From NCBI GenBank assembly GCA_025999155.1, contig AP026679.1, forward strand, positions 514,135-578,134: DNA of 64,000 bases, in the 5' to 3' direction. The notes under the pieces were generated by a model. The model was not told the DNA's origin, searched no databases, and worked only from the letters and a program-made list of their open reading frames with translations. This stretch comes from Candidatus Dojkabacteria bacterium (GTDB taxonomy: Bacteria > Patescibacteriota > Dojkabacteria > JAOAGR01). The translations under genes and the position numbers were made by a program. Below are positions 9,891-20,102 of the stretch, piece by piece (position 1 is the stretch's first letter; the number at the start of each line of letters is the position of its first letter).

Positions 9891-10653
9891 ATACCAATTA
9901 AAAATAAATCATTTGTATTCGGAAAATCTCAATATTTATGGAGATTTAGGGAATATAACCGCCTTAAAATATAGGTCTCAGGTAAGAGGTATAAAGGTTG
10001 AAGTTGTTCATACCGAATTAAATGACGAGGTTATAGAAGAAGCAGATATTTATTTTATAGGTGGTGGACAAGATAATGATCAAATGCAGGTTTTTAGACA
10101 TCTTATTAGACATAGAGATTTTATTAAAAAAGAGGTAGAAATTGGTAAGGTATTTGTGTTGATTTGTGGTGGTTATCAATTATTTGGCAAGTATTTTTTG
10201 GATGCCGAAGGTAATTTAATTGATGGTTTACATATTTTAGATATCGAAACTCGTGCTCCGGGTCCAGAGGTAAAATCTCGATGTATAGGGAATATCATCG
10301 TAGAGATGAGTGATGATTTTGTGAAATATTGGAATGTGGATATTAATTTTTCACGATATATAGTTGGTTTTGAGAATCATGGAGGGCAAACAAAGCTTCG
10401 TTCAACGAAAATGAAACCCATCGGTCGTGTTATAGTTGGCTTTGGAAATAACTATTTTGATAGGTTAGAAGGTTGTTACTATAAAAACATAATTGGCACT
10501 TATTGCCACGGACCATTATTACCAAAAAACCCTCACTTAGCTGACGCTATAATATCCAAAGCTTTAGGAATCTCAAAAATAAAGCATTTGCCAGATGATT
10601 ATGAATCCGAAGCACATAAATACATACTAAATCGATACAAAATCAAAACATGA
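9883..10653 (+). CDS. gatD: Lipid II isoglutaminyl synthase glutaminase subunit GatD (CobB/CobQ-like class I glutamine amidotransferase)
   Basis: 256 aa with catalytic Cys in VLICGGYQLFGKYF and a His near the C-terminus (TYCHGPLLP). It is paired and translationally coupled with murT. Confidence 0.7.
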   Translation: MDKYQLKINHLYSENLNIYGDLGNITALKYRSQVRGIKVEVVHTELNDEVIEEADIYFIGGGQDNDQMQVFRHLIRHRDFIKKEVEIGKVFVLICGGYQLFGKYFLDAEGNLIDGLHILDIETRAPGPEVKSRCIGNIIVEMSDDFVKYWNVDINFSRYIVGFENHGGQTKLRSTKMKPIGRVIVGFGNNYFDRLEGCYYKNIIGTYCHGPLLPKNPHLADAIISKALGISKIKHLPDDYESEAHKYILNRYKIKT

Positions 10654-10696
10654 ACATCGCACAAGGGATCTATTTAATATTCTGGACTAAGTCGAT

Positions 10697-11308
10697 TTAA
10701 TTCTCTTCAAGTTTCGGTCTATATTCTTTATCGTATCGTTCTTGACACTCTTTGATTACTTTTATTGCCTCCTCAGCGCCATAGAAACCTTCCGTTTTAC
10801 AAGTCCCTGGCTTTTTAAGGTCCTTGTAATGTTCCCAGTAGTATTGTGTTTCCTTTAAAAAGTGTTCTCCAAGGTCTTCTAAATTGTGAATATGTTCTAC
10901 TCTTTTGTCATCATTTAATACACAGATTACTTTATCATCCTGTTCTCCCCCATCCTTAAATCTCATTAACCCTATGACACGGGCCTCAACGAGACACCCA
11001 GGTATTAAAGGCTCTGTAACCCCTACGATTACTACGTCAAGTGGATCTCCATCTAGATCCCAGGTTTGTGGTATTGCTCCGTACGTAAAAGGATACGCAA
11101 GTGAAGAGTACCCAACTCTGTCTAATTTTAGTTGACCTGATTCAGTAATGAGTTCGTATTTATTTATCGTTCCTTGTACAATTTCGATTACCGTATTGAC
11201 GACTTTGTTCTCTTCATCAGCAAATGTCTCTATTGCATGTAGTAGATTAAGCATGTATTTTGAAGGTTTGTGACTTATATTTGCCATAGCCACACGATTA
11301 TAAAACAA
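10697..11308 (-). CDS. ppa: Inorganic pyrophosphatase (family I)
   Basis: The motifs YPFTYGAIPQTWDLDGDPLDVVIVG and DDKVICVLNDD carry the family I PPase aspartate-rich signature. The true start may be an internal Met (MLNLLHAIE). Confidence 0.85.
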   Translation of the reverse strand: MFYNRVAMANISHKPSKYMLNLLHAIETFADEENKVVNTVIEIVQGTINKYELITESGQLKLDRVGYSSLAYPFTYGAIPQTWDLDGDPLDVVIVGVTEPLIPGCLVEARVIGLMRFKDGGEQDDKVICVLNDDKRVEHIHNLEDLGEHFLKETQYYWEHYKDLKKPGTCKTEGFYGAEEAIKVIKECQERYDKEYRPKLEEN

Positions 11309-11311
11309 TGA

Positions 11312-12271
11312 CTATTTTTTGAATAGTGTAATTTCAATTTCTCCTGTAATGATAAATCTTAGTTTGCCATGATTTGGCGAAATGCGTAGTATTTTACCTT
11401 TATATTCTTGATTTTGTTTTTCAATTGCTGCTTCAAATTCTTGCCGAAATTGTTTCTGTAGTGCCTCACATTCTGTTTTGTTGTTATTACATAAGTTTAA
11501 AGGTACGATTATTTTAATATCCAATACTTCTATTTTGTCTATGATGTAGACGACAGCCGCACTGGTTTTATTCAGAAGTCTAACTGAGTACTTGATTGAA
11601 GTTTGGGATTCTATGGCATTTACATTGCTACGAGTTCTGATGATTATGGAATCGTCTGAAATATCATAAATTGACTCTTGTATACCCGAGCTTTTAGCTT
11701 CAGGAGTGAGTTCTTCAGACCAGCTACCGAGATGATACTTATCACTTTGATAAATGGACCATATTAGAAAAATTGATAGAACAGAGACAATAACGCTAAA
11801 TGATAGAATAAAAATCTGTTTAATGTTCAAATGTCTTAGTTTAGCTCTTTTGATACTTGGTTGTTCGATTTCCTCGGCTTTTGTATTTACTTCTTTTTCG
11901 TTATTTTGCTGATTTTCGCTGCTTGCGGAATGGTCGGGGGGGAGTTTGTTATTCGTGACTTTTTTTTCTGATCTTAAAGATGCAAGATTGAGTACTTTGG
12001 TATTATGGTTGTCTTCAATTTTTTCTTTAGGAGTCTGTGATGGACTTACTGTGTCTGGGGTATTTGATGTATTGTATGTAGTTATATCAGATGAAGTCGA
12101 TGTATTTGAAGGACCAGGTGTACTTGATGTATTTGGAGTATTTATAGTATTTATAGTATTTGATATTCTTGAGTGATTCAAAGTATTCGATATATCTCTA
12201 GTCTGCAATGTACTAATCGATGCTAATGATAGTCTGATATTTACACCTTTGGTATTCTTAAGCTGGTTCAT
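11312..12271 (-). CDS. Hypothetical single-pass membrane protein with S/T/N-rich low-complexity cytoplasmic N-terminus
   Basis: 319 aa. The first ~150 aa are S/T/N/P-rich (NTSSTPGPSNTSTSSDITTYNTSNTPDTVSPSQTP), followed by a TM (IFILSFSVIVSVLSIFLIWSI). The start overlaps the pyrD stop by 4 nt. Confidence 0.5.
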   Translation of the reverse strand: MNQLKNTKGVNIRLSLASISTLQTRDISNTLNHSRISNTINTINTPNTSSTPGPSNTSTSSDITTYNTSNTPDTVSPSQTPKEKIEDNHNTKVLNLASLRSEKKVTNNKLPPDHSASSENQQNNEKEVNTKAEEIEQPSIKRAKLRHLNIKQIFILSFSVIVSVLSIFLIWSIYQSDKYHLGSWSEELTPEAKSSGIQESIYDISDDSIIIRTRSNVNAIESQTSIKYSVRLLNKTSAAVVYIIDKIEVLDIKIIVPLNLCNNNKTECEALQKQFRQEFEAAIEKQNQEYKGKILRISPNHGKLRFIITGEIEITLFKK

Positions 12272-13449
12272 TGTGTTGATCTATGTTTGGAACCTACGGC
12301 TTCCGAGATATTGTTATAATTATCTTGTTTTAAGAAATATACGAGTTCTCTATTGATTTCACTTATTAATTGAGGACCTTCAAATATCATGCCTGTAATT
12401 AATTGTAATAAACTTGCACCTAATTTAATTTTGTTATAAGCGTCTTGTGCAGAAAATATTCCCCCGCATCCTATTATGATGTATTTTTTACCATATTTTC
12501 GATAAATATACTCAATTTGTTTATTTGAAAGATCTTCTTGCACTTTTCCACTCAAACCACCTTTTTCAGGAATATCTTTATCAAGAATTTTTTCATTATT
12601 TCGATTTTTCGTTAGATTTGAACAAATAAACCCGTCAATATCGTATCTCTCAGTTATTCGTAGGATAGACTCCAATTCGTTTTCGGATAAGTCCGGTGAA
12701 AGTTTCAAGAAAATTGGCTTAGTTTTTGGGTCTCTTGCAATTGCTGATAATAGTTGGTCAAGTAATTCTGGGTTTGTGAATGGTTGTCCTCCAAATGCAT
12801 TTGGACAAGAAATATTTATCGTGTAGTAATCACCGATATCCTGAAAAAGACGATAAGTTTTCAGGTAGTCGTCAATCGCTTCTTTTGGATTTATGGTATG
12901 TGGCGAATTAGTTTTTGCTATACTTATACCTACTGGTATTTTAAAAGATAGTTTCGATAGTCTTTGAGATATTGTTTCCGATCCGTCATTTTTTAATCCG
13001 TAATACACTACTAAAGATTGAGAGTTTTTTGCTCTCCATAATCTAGGTTTTGGATTACCTTTACAGTATTCGCCTGTGATCGAACCTACTTCTACAAAAC
13101 CAAAACCTACTTCTGGTAATATTGCTGTAAGTTCTGCATTCTTATCAAATCCAGCAGCTAATCCGATAGGATTTTTAAACATTATTCCTTTGATATTTTG
13201 TGATAAGTATTTATCATTCGAGTAGTAAAATAACAATTTAGTTATATTTCGTGTAATATTTATTGATCCAAACAATTTTCCTAGTTTTATAATGAAATCA
13301 TGTACCGTTTCTGGATCCTGTCGAAAAGCTATAGGTTTAAATACAGTTTTATATAATAATCTCAATATTTTGTTGCGTATTTTGATCAAACGGTCTGTCA
13401 TAATGTTATTTGATAATTGAATCTCGTATATATACAAACAGTGTACCAT
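12268..13449 (-). CDS. pyrD: Dihydroorotate dehydrogenase (class 2-like architecture)
   Basis: The motifs DPETVHDF, MFKNPIGLAAGFDKNAE, PKPRLWR, YYGLKNDGSE and NISCPNAFGGQ match class 2 PyrD (DPE.aH; FKNP.GLAAG.DK; PRL.R; N..G..N.G). Note Cys where class 2 enzymes carry Ser. Confidence 0.8.
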   Translation of the reverse strand: MVHCLYIYEIQLSNNIMTDRLIKIRNKILRLLYKTVFKPIAFRQDPETVHDFIIKLGKLFGSINITRNITKLLFYYSNDKYLSQNIKGIMFKNPIGLAAGFDKNAELTAILPEVGFGFVEVGSITGEYCKGNPKPRLWRAKNSQSLVVYYGLKNDGSETISQRLSKLSFKIPVGISIAKTNSPHTINPKEAIDDYLKTYRLFQDIGDYYTINISCPNAFGGQPFTNPELLDQLLSAIARDPKTKPIFLKLSPDLSENELESILRITERYDIDGFICSNLTKNRNNEKILDKDIPEKGGLSGKVQEDLSNKQIEYIYRKYGKKYIIIGCGGIFSAQDAYNKIKLGASLLQLITGMIFEGPQLISEINRELVYFLKQDNYNNISEAVGSKHRSTQ

Positions 13450-13470
13450 AGAAGATAGTAAAGATGGATT

Positions 13471-14169
13471 GTGTATAATAAAGGTATGAAGTTTAAGACA
13501 ATTTCTATTTTTCCTGAATTTTTTGAAAAATCTCTAGATTTTTCTTTAATCAAAAAAGCAAGACAAAAAGGTTTACTCGAGATAGAAAACTACAATTTAC
13601 GCAATTGGTCACAATCACGCAGCATACATAAACAGGTTGACGACAGACCGTTTGGAGGTGGTCCGGGTATGATAATGATGGTAGAACCAGTGTATAGAGC
13701 TTTAAAGGATATTAAAAAGACAACAAAGTCTGTTAGTATAATATTTTCCCCGAAAGGTAGGATGTACGACCAGACAATAGCAAAATATTTTGCTTGTAAT
13801 TTTGATGAAATTATCTTGATTTGTCCCCACTATGAGGGTTTTGATGAACGTATATTAAACTTTGTTGATTATGAATTGTCTATAGGAGACTTCATATTAA
13901 CTGGAGGTGAAATTCCAGCTTTAATAGTAATAGATTCAGTGTCTAGATTGATTCCCGGAGTTGTGGGAAATCGTGAATCTCTAAAAAATGAGTCTTTTTC
14001 GCATTTTGATAAGGGAGAAAGAAATTTTGAACATCCTCAGTATACTCGTCCCGCTGTTTTTATAGATGACGAAGGAAATAAATACCCTGTACCTGAAGTA
14101 CTCCTTAGCGGCAATCATCGTGCTATCAAACTTTGGCGTCACGCACAATCACGCGTTGAAAAATTGTAA
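13471..14169 (+). CDS. trmD: tRNA (guanine37-N1)-methyltransferase
   Basis: The motifs FKTISIFPEFF, GGGPGMIMMVEPV, CPHYEGFDERI and LSIGDFILTGGEIPALIVIDSVSRLIPGVVGN follow the SPOUT TrmD signature. Confidence 0.9.
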   Translation: MYNKGMKFKTISIFPEFFEKSLDFSLIKKARQKGLLEIENYNLRNWSQSRSIHKQVDDRPFGGGPGMIMMVEPVYRALKDIKKTTKSVSIIFSPKGRMYDQTIAKYFACNFDEIILICPHYEGFDERILNFVDYELSIGDFILTGGEIPALIVIDSVSRLIPGVVGNRESLKNESFSHFDKGERNFEHPQYTRPAVFIDDEGNKYPVPEVLLSGNHRAIKLWRHAQSRVEKL

Positions 14170-14272
14170 TTTCCTTTTATTTTTACTGTTGTATCGGGTT
14201 TACATTTCCGGAAAGTATCATGTTGTCAGGTCATTAGCTTTGTGATTCTCAATATAAGGTTTATAATAGGCG

Positions 14273-15145
14273 GTGTTTGAGTTATTAGTAGTAAATCCTC
14301 TAACGAATTTATTGATAGCCAGCTATGTGTTGGTAGGTAATAATTTAGGTTGGGCTCTTATTGTATTAACTCTTTTTCTAAGAGTTCTGCTTTTACCTTT
14401 AACAATAAAACAAATACAGACGCAACGTAAATTACAGGAGTTACAGCCAAGACTACAAGCTATGCAAAGGAATGCAAAAGACCCATCACAGCTGACACCA
14501 GAAGAAATTGGTTTAATGCGCGAAACTACACTATCGTGTTTAGGGGGTTTGTTCCCACTTTTGATCCAGATACCAATTTTGTTCGGCTTAAACTCAGTTA
14601 TTGCTCAAATAGCATCTGTAAATTCAGATCCTCATAAAGGAGGAGATTGGTTTAATCAAGTTCTTTATTTTGATTTCCTAAAGCATAGCTCGGATTACTC
14701 TTTCAATACAAATTTTTTCGGGCTAGATTTGGCTATCATTCCATCTCACGTTCCTTTTGGTGCGGAGTTTATTCCTTTTGGGGGATTGATGGTTTTGCTG
14801 GTTTTGACCCAGTTTTTACAATCTAAGTTAATATATTCTTTCCAACAGAACAGGAGTGATGGACATGCTCCTAGTCATAAACATAATAAGAAAAAAACAA
14901 AAGAAGAACTAGAAAAAGAAGAGTTACAACAGGCTCTGAATAGATGGAATCAGCTTCAAATGATATATGTCATTCCTCTGGCTGTTGGTTTGGGTGCATA
15001 TCAGTTTCATGCTGCTTTAGGTTTTTATTGGCTATTACAGAATATCTTTACCATAGTGCAGACTGTGATTCAATATGGATTCATGGATGGAAAATTTAAT
15101 GTACGTAAGCTGAAAGAGTATTTGAGTCGTCTTATAGCGAAATAA
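14273..15145 (+). CDS. yidC: Membrane protein insertase YidC/Oxa1 family (short form)
   Basis: 290 aa, multi-TM. The motif LRVLLLPLTIKQIQTQRKLQELQPRLQAMQ is the conserved YidC helix. It is followed by a jag-like gene, the conserved yidC-jag pairing. Confidence 0.7.
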   Translation: MFELLVVNPLTNLLIASYVLVGNNLGWALIVLTLFLRVLLLPLTIKQIQTQRKLQELQPRLQAMQRNAKDPSQLTPEEIGLMRETTLSCLGGLFPLLIQIPILFGLNSVIAQIASVNSDPHKGGDWFNQVLYFDFLKHSSDYSFNTNFFGLDLAIIPSHVPFGAEFIPFGGLMVLLVLTQFLQSKLIYSFQQNRSDGHAPSHKHNKKKTKEELEKEELQQALNRWNQLQMIYVIPLAVGLGAYQFHAALGFYWLLQNIFTIVQTVIQYGFMDGKFNVRKLKEYLSRLIAK

Positions 15146-15189
15146 CAATTACTGGAGACAATATTTATTAAGCAAGTTATAATAATCAC

Positions 15190-15663
15190 ATGGATAAATT
15201 AGAAATTATAAAAAACGTGGTAACAGAAATGTTTCAATTGGCATTCGGTGATAGGTTTTCGGTGGAATTTACACCAATATCATCGTCAACCATTAAGATT
15301 GATATTAGTGGTGATAATGTTTCTTGTTTGATAGGACAACGAGGGAAAACTTTGCTAGCGATTGAGCTATTAATTCGACAAATGCACATTAATTTATCTC
15401 AAGATTTTACGGACGAATTTAAAATCATAGTTGATATAGGTGGATATAAATCAAAAAAAGTTGAAAGAATACAGGAAATTGCAAGACAAGCAGCTCAAAG
15501 AGCCATTGAATTATCTAAGGATGTAACGTTGCCTCGCATGAATGCTTTTGAAAGACACATAGTACATCAATACATCAACGAGAATTTTAGTAATTTGCAA
15601 ACATTTAGTATTGGACAGGAGCCCGATCGTCGAGTTGTATTGTCAATAAAATATTCACAATAA
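15190..15663 (+). CDS. jag: Jag/KhpB-like RNA-binding protein (KH + R3H domains)
   Basis: 157 aa with an R3H-like C-terminus (FERHIVHQYINENF) and a KH-like GxxG region (IGQRGKTLLAIELLI). It lies directly downstream of yidC. Confidence 0.65.
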   Translation: MDKLEIIKNVVTEMFQLAFGDRFSVEFTPISSSTIKIDISGDNVSCLIGQRGKTLLAIELLIRQMHINLSQDFTDEFKIIVDIGGYKSKKVERIQEIARQAAQRAIELSKDVTLPRMNAFERHIVHQYINENFSNLQTFSIGQEPDRRVVLSIKYSQ

Positions 15664-15701
15664 AATATTGTAAAATCATTTCAAGTATTAGTATTAACTA
15701 C

Positions 15702-17208
15702 ATGTCTAGAAGCATATTTGAGCGTGTCGTATTTAGTTATAAGTTTTATAGATTGTTAGAGGCTTTACCTGGGCTTATATCGTGGACTTGTATTGCTATA
15801 CCTATCGTATTTAGTTTTTTTGCTCCAGATATAGCAGCTTATTTTGTTTTATTTTATGGAGTATATTGGGTTTATAATGCAATTAAATTTGTTGTACTTG
15901 CTTATGTTGCGCATGAAAAGGTTTTATATGTGGTCAAACAAGATTGGCTTGCAAAACTTAAACAAGAGTTTCCAGAACACTGGAACGAGTATTACTACTG
16001 CGCAATTATCCCTTTTGCTTCTGAATCAATAAATATAATTCGCCCAACAATCGAGAGTATTTTAAATAATAATTATCCTAATAATCGTAAGATTATTTGT
16101 TTATCTAGTGAAAAAGCTTTACCAAAAGGGAAAGAAATAGCCTTAGAACTACAGAAGGAATTTCAATCTAGATGTGCTTATTTTTTTGTAACAGAGCATG
16201 AACTTAAACCTGGCGAATTAAAAGGCAAAGCATCTAATCAAAATCATGCCGGACGTTTTGTATATCAAGAATTAACTAGCAGAGGTATTAATCCTGAAAG
16301 AGTTTTATTGACAAGCAACGATGCTGACATGATAAACCATAAGGAGTACATTCCTTATCTTGTTTACAAATTTTTATTAGAAGGGGAAAACAGGCATAAG
16401 AGAATCTATCAGCCAGTACCCACTGACTATAGCGGTGCCGTATGGGATGCTAGATTTTTTTCTCGGATCATTGTGACGCTAGGCGTGCAGTGGAGGCTTG
16501 CTTTATCACAGCGTAATAATTATAGGCTGACGGTATATTCATTCTATTCTATGAGCTTAAAAACCTTGCATGACATTGGTTTTTGGGATGTTGATAATAT
16601 TCCTGAGGATGAGAGAACTATGTTTAAAGCGATTTTCACGTTCGGGAGAGGATTTTCGTGTCAGTTCCATTGTTTATCCCCACTGCCGGTAGGCCTGATG
16701 CAGGCACAAAACATTTGTTGCCGCTGTGAAAGAGCAGTATATACAAATGCGCCGATGGGCTTGGGGAGCTTCGGAGTTTGCCCATTCTTTTATCAAGTCT
16801 GTTGAAAAAAAGGACATTCCTTGGCGAGTAAAAATTTTACCCCTGATTAACCAAGTGAGAACTGCTGTTGATTGGTCATTATCCTCCGTATTGCCGATGT
16901 TTGGTGGTATGATTCCTGGGCTTGTTAATGAGAAGTTTCGTTTGACGGAATTGTCGTATGCTGTACCGTCTGTCATGAGTTTATTATTTAGTATCAGTGC
17001 ATCAATGATTTTGCTTATTATCCTTGTTGATTTGCGGCTAGCTCCAAAGCCACAGAAGCAAGCAATCTTTTTCCGTATTAGTACCTTTGCTCAGTGGATT
17101 TTAGTGCCTTTTGTTGGTTTATTTTTAAGTTCGTTACCCGCTTTAGACGCGCAAACTCGTTTAATATTTAATAAACGTATTGTTTACGTTGAATCAAAGA
17201 AAGAATAG
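15702..17208 (+). pseudogene. Family 2 glycosyltransferase (cellulose-synthase-like, QxxRW type) interrupted by a +1 frameshift near 16700-16712
   Basis: ORF 15702..16805 carries GT2 motifs (IIPFASE, LTSNDAD, PEDERT = TED). The overlapping ORF 16726..17208 in the next frame begins with ..KEQYIQMRRWAWG (QxxRW) plus C-terminal TM helices. The frame switch is at the A4 run in GCACAAAACATTTG. Confidence 0.55.
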
Positions 17209-17215
17209 TAAATAT

Positions 17216-18358
17216 ATGGAAATTAGAAAAAATAAATTGATTTTAATCACTGGTGGTCATGTGACCCCTGCATTAGCATGTATCGAAGAACTTCAATCCA
17301 GGGGTTTTAATGATATAGTCTATGTGGGGCAAAAAAAATCTCTACTTTTTGACAAAAATTCATCGGCTGAATATAGACTAATCAAGGATCATTTAGGAAT
17401 TCCTTTTTATAACATTATTGCTGGTAAATTATCTTTATTTTTCCATTGGCATTCGATTGTTTGGCTATTGCGACTACCAATTGGGTTCATTCAAGCCTTG
17501 TATCTACTTGTTAAATTCAAGCCATCTATTATTCTCACATTTGGTAGTCACGTCGCTGTACCTATTTGTTTTTGGGGCGGCTTATTTAGAATTCCTATTA
17601 TTGCCCATGAACAAACGACTACAATTGGGCGCTCTAATAAATTCATCCAGAAGTTTGCAAAGCAAATCTGTGTATCATGGGAGTCAGAAATAGCTGACTA
17701 TCAAATCTCAAGTAATTTTAAAGATAAATTTATATTGACAGGTAATCCTATTCGAAAAGCTATTTTACATACTAAAAGTAATAATTTTATCTTTAAAGAC
17801 AAAAAACGTAAGACCATATTTATTACTGGTGGCAATCAAGGAGCTCACGCTATCAATGAATTTATCTTTGCTAATATAGCTCGTCTAACTTCAAAGTTTA
17901 ACGTTATCCATCAAACAGGCTCAAATACTTTATTTAATGATTTTGACAAGGCGAAAAAAATTGCTGAGAAAATAAATTGTGAGGGCGTCGTATATATTCC
18001 TAGGGATTATATTTTTGCCAACGAGATGGCGGAAGCATATGCAGAATCCGATCTTTTAATTTCTCGTGCTGGTGCTAATACTGTGACTGAACTGCTTGTA
18101 CTTAAAAAGAAAGCAATATTGATACCAATACCCACAACTTCTGGAAATGAGCAATTCAAAAATGCCAAGTTATTACAAGAGTTAGGATTAGCGCGTACTC
18201 TTTCTCAAGATGAATTAGATTTCGAAAGTTTGGAGAAACTCATAGAGGACTTATTGTCTGCTAATAAATTAGATGTTGATCGCATCGAGAAACTATCTTT
18301 ATTGCATAAAAATGCTCATAAATTGATTATAGATATAGTAGAACAGAATTTAATTTGA
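17216..18358 (+). CDS. murG: UDP-N-acetylglucosamine--N-acetylmuramyl-(pentapeptide) pyrophosphoryl-undecaprenol N-acetylglucosamine transferase (MurG-like GT28)
   Basis: The motifs ILITGGHVTPALACIEEL, IFITGGNQGAHAINE and LISRAGANTVTELL follow the MurG pattern (GGTGGH..PALA; TGGSQGA; RSGA.T..E). The start is taken at the ATG at 17216 after the stop of the preceding frame. The longer ORF begins at 17180. Confidence 0.7.
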   Translation: MEIRKNKLILITGGHVTPALACIEELQSRGFNDIVYVGQKKSLLFDKNSSAEYRLIKDHLGIPFYNIIAGKLSLFFHWHSIVWLLRLPIGFIQALYLLVKFKPSIILTFGSHVAVPICFWGGLFRIPIIAHEQTTTIGRSNKFIQKFAKQICVSWESEIADYQISSNFKDKFILTGNPIRKAILHTKSNNFIFKDKKRKTIFITGGNQGAHAINEFIFANIARLTSKFNVIHQTGSNTLFNDFDKAKKIAEKINCEGVVYIPRDYIFANEMAEAYAESDLLISRAGANTVTELLVLKKKAILIPIPTTSGNEQFKNAKLLQELGLARTLSQDELDFESLEKLIEDLLSANKLDVDRIEKLSLLHKNAHKLIIDIVEQNLI

Positions 18359-18389
18359 TGAAGCTTGTGTACTAAATCGTGTTTTCGGG

Positions 18390-20102
18390 CTATTTTTTAA
18401 GCCCTAGTTTGATAAACATATCTGCCGAATCAGCGACAGGTACACTAGACTGGTTAGTTTCTATTACAATAGGAAATATTGCTGTAAATGTTGATCCTAC
18501 ATTGACTTCTGATTCGATCAGCAATTCACCACCCATTGCCTTTAGCAAGCCTTTTACTACGTATATTCCAAGCCCTGTACCTCCTGCACGTACAATCGTA
18601 TGCGATGAATCTAAATGTTGGTGTACACGATAAAATTTCTTTCCAATGTTTTGTAATTCTTTTTTTGGTATTCCTATTCCAGTATCTTTTACAGAAAAAA
18701 TCACTTTACCGTCTTTTTCATCAAGAGTTACGGTTACTGAACCTTGATGAGTGTATTTGATAGCGTTACTAATCAAGTTATTTACAATTTCTTGTACACG
18801 GTTAGGATCATTGGTTATTACGAATCCTTCTGGTTTGTGATTTTCGAAGGTTAACTTTAATTGTTTAGCTTCAGCATCCTTTTGGTAGGCCTGCAATGAA
18901 AATTCTATGGTATCAACTAAATTGAATTGTGTTGCTTGCAAATTGATTTTAGAATTATCTACGTGTGAAGTTGAAAGCATGGTTTGTATTAAATCTGCTT
19001 CTTTAGTTATTGAAATATGAATTTTTTCAAGTTTTTCCTTCAGATAAGTTAAGTCTAATTCTTGACCACTATTTACTTTAGCTAAAAGTAATTCTGTCAT
19101 ACCACGAGCAACTGTAATAGGTGTACGTAGCTCATGACCCATTATTCCCATCATATCACGTTCTACACGGTATTTCTCTTCAATTATTGCCTTTTGTTTA
19201 CGTATCTTTGCGGTAGCTGACTTGATTTTTGAATTCAAAATCTGATTGAAATTTTTTAAATCTTCATATAAGTCAAGTTTATATAGATATACTGCAAATA
19301 TTTCACTAATTTCCTTGAGAAATCGTATTTCATCGTTAGTAAATACGATATCTTTTTTTTGTACCCCTAGTAAAACATAACCAATTACCTGATTAAGATA
19401 TTTTAATTGTATAAGACAATTGACATCAAAACTGTTTTTAAGTATTTGAAAGAATCTTAGGACCTGAATATTTGTTGTCACCCCATCCATGTATTTCCTA
19501 TATTCTTCATCAAATATGAAAACATTGGAATCTTGGTATTCGAATATTTTTGTAAACGTTTCTTTATGTTTTTTGTATTCAGCATGATGAGTAAGAATGA
19601 TTGTGCAATTTTTGATACCCAACGTTGGTATAACTATGGATTTATACAGATCTATAAGATCAATGACTGAATTTACTCTTAGAACAATATTTTTGAATCT
19701 CTCTAATTGTTTTTTAAAGTTGGGTATCGGTAGAAATCTTTGAAAATATCCATTTTGGAAAGCAAATTTAAAAAATATTAGAAATAAAAATGTCGATATT
19801 GAATAGATGATAATTTCGGTACTTATATATTTATCTTGTGGTAGTCGTCTAATTAAGTAGTTGGTAGTGACTATAAAGGCAACGAAAATTGATGTTAAAA
19901 TCAACTTCTCAATAAATTCTGAAAAAACTATACGAAAATCTGCATAACGGTAATTTACTAGAAGGTACATAAATCCTAACGACATAAAAATTGCAAGCGC
20001 CGGGCCGATCAGTATAAATCTATAATCCTGTAGAGATGGTAATGCCACACTAGAAGTTATCACCTCGCAATTGCAGATATCAATAGACTGAGACGTGAAC
20101 AC
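18390..20102 (-). CDS. Membrane-bound sensor histidine kinase with GAF-like sensor domain (no adjacent response regulator)
   Basis: H-box GHELRTPITVARG, N-box NLISNAIKYT, G1 DTGIGI, G2 GGTGLGI. The N-terminus is multi-TM and a GAF-like segment precedes the DHp domain. Confidence 0.85.
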   Translation of the reverse strand: MFTSQSIDICNCEVITSSVALPSLQDYRFILIGPALAIFMSLGFMYLLVNYRYADFRIVFSEFIEKLILTSIFVAFIVTTNYLIRRLPQDKYISTEIIIYSISTFLFLIFFKFAFQNGYFQRFLPIPNFKKQLERFKNIVLRVNSVIDLIDLYKSIVIPTLGIKNCTIILTHHAEYKKHKETFTKIFEYQDSNVFIFDEEYRKYMDGVTTNIQVLRFFQILKNSFDVNCLIQLKYLNQVIGYVLLGVQKKDIVFTNDEIRFLKEISEIFAVYLYKLDLYEDLKNFNQILNSKIKSATAKIRKQKAIIEEKYRVERDMMGIMGHELRTPITVARGMTELLLAKVNSGQELDLTYLKEKLEKIHISITKEADLIQTMLSTSHVDNSKINLQATQFNLVDTIEFSLQAYQKDAEAKQLKLTFENHKPEGFVITNDPNRVQEIVNNLISNAIKYTHQGSVTVTLDEKDGKVIFSVKDTGIGIPKKELQNIGKKFYRVHQHLDSSHTIVRAGGTGLGIYVVKGLLKAMGGELLIESEVNVGSTFTAIFPIVIETNQSSVPVADSADMFIKLGLKK

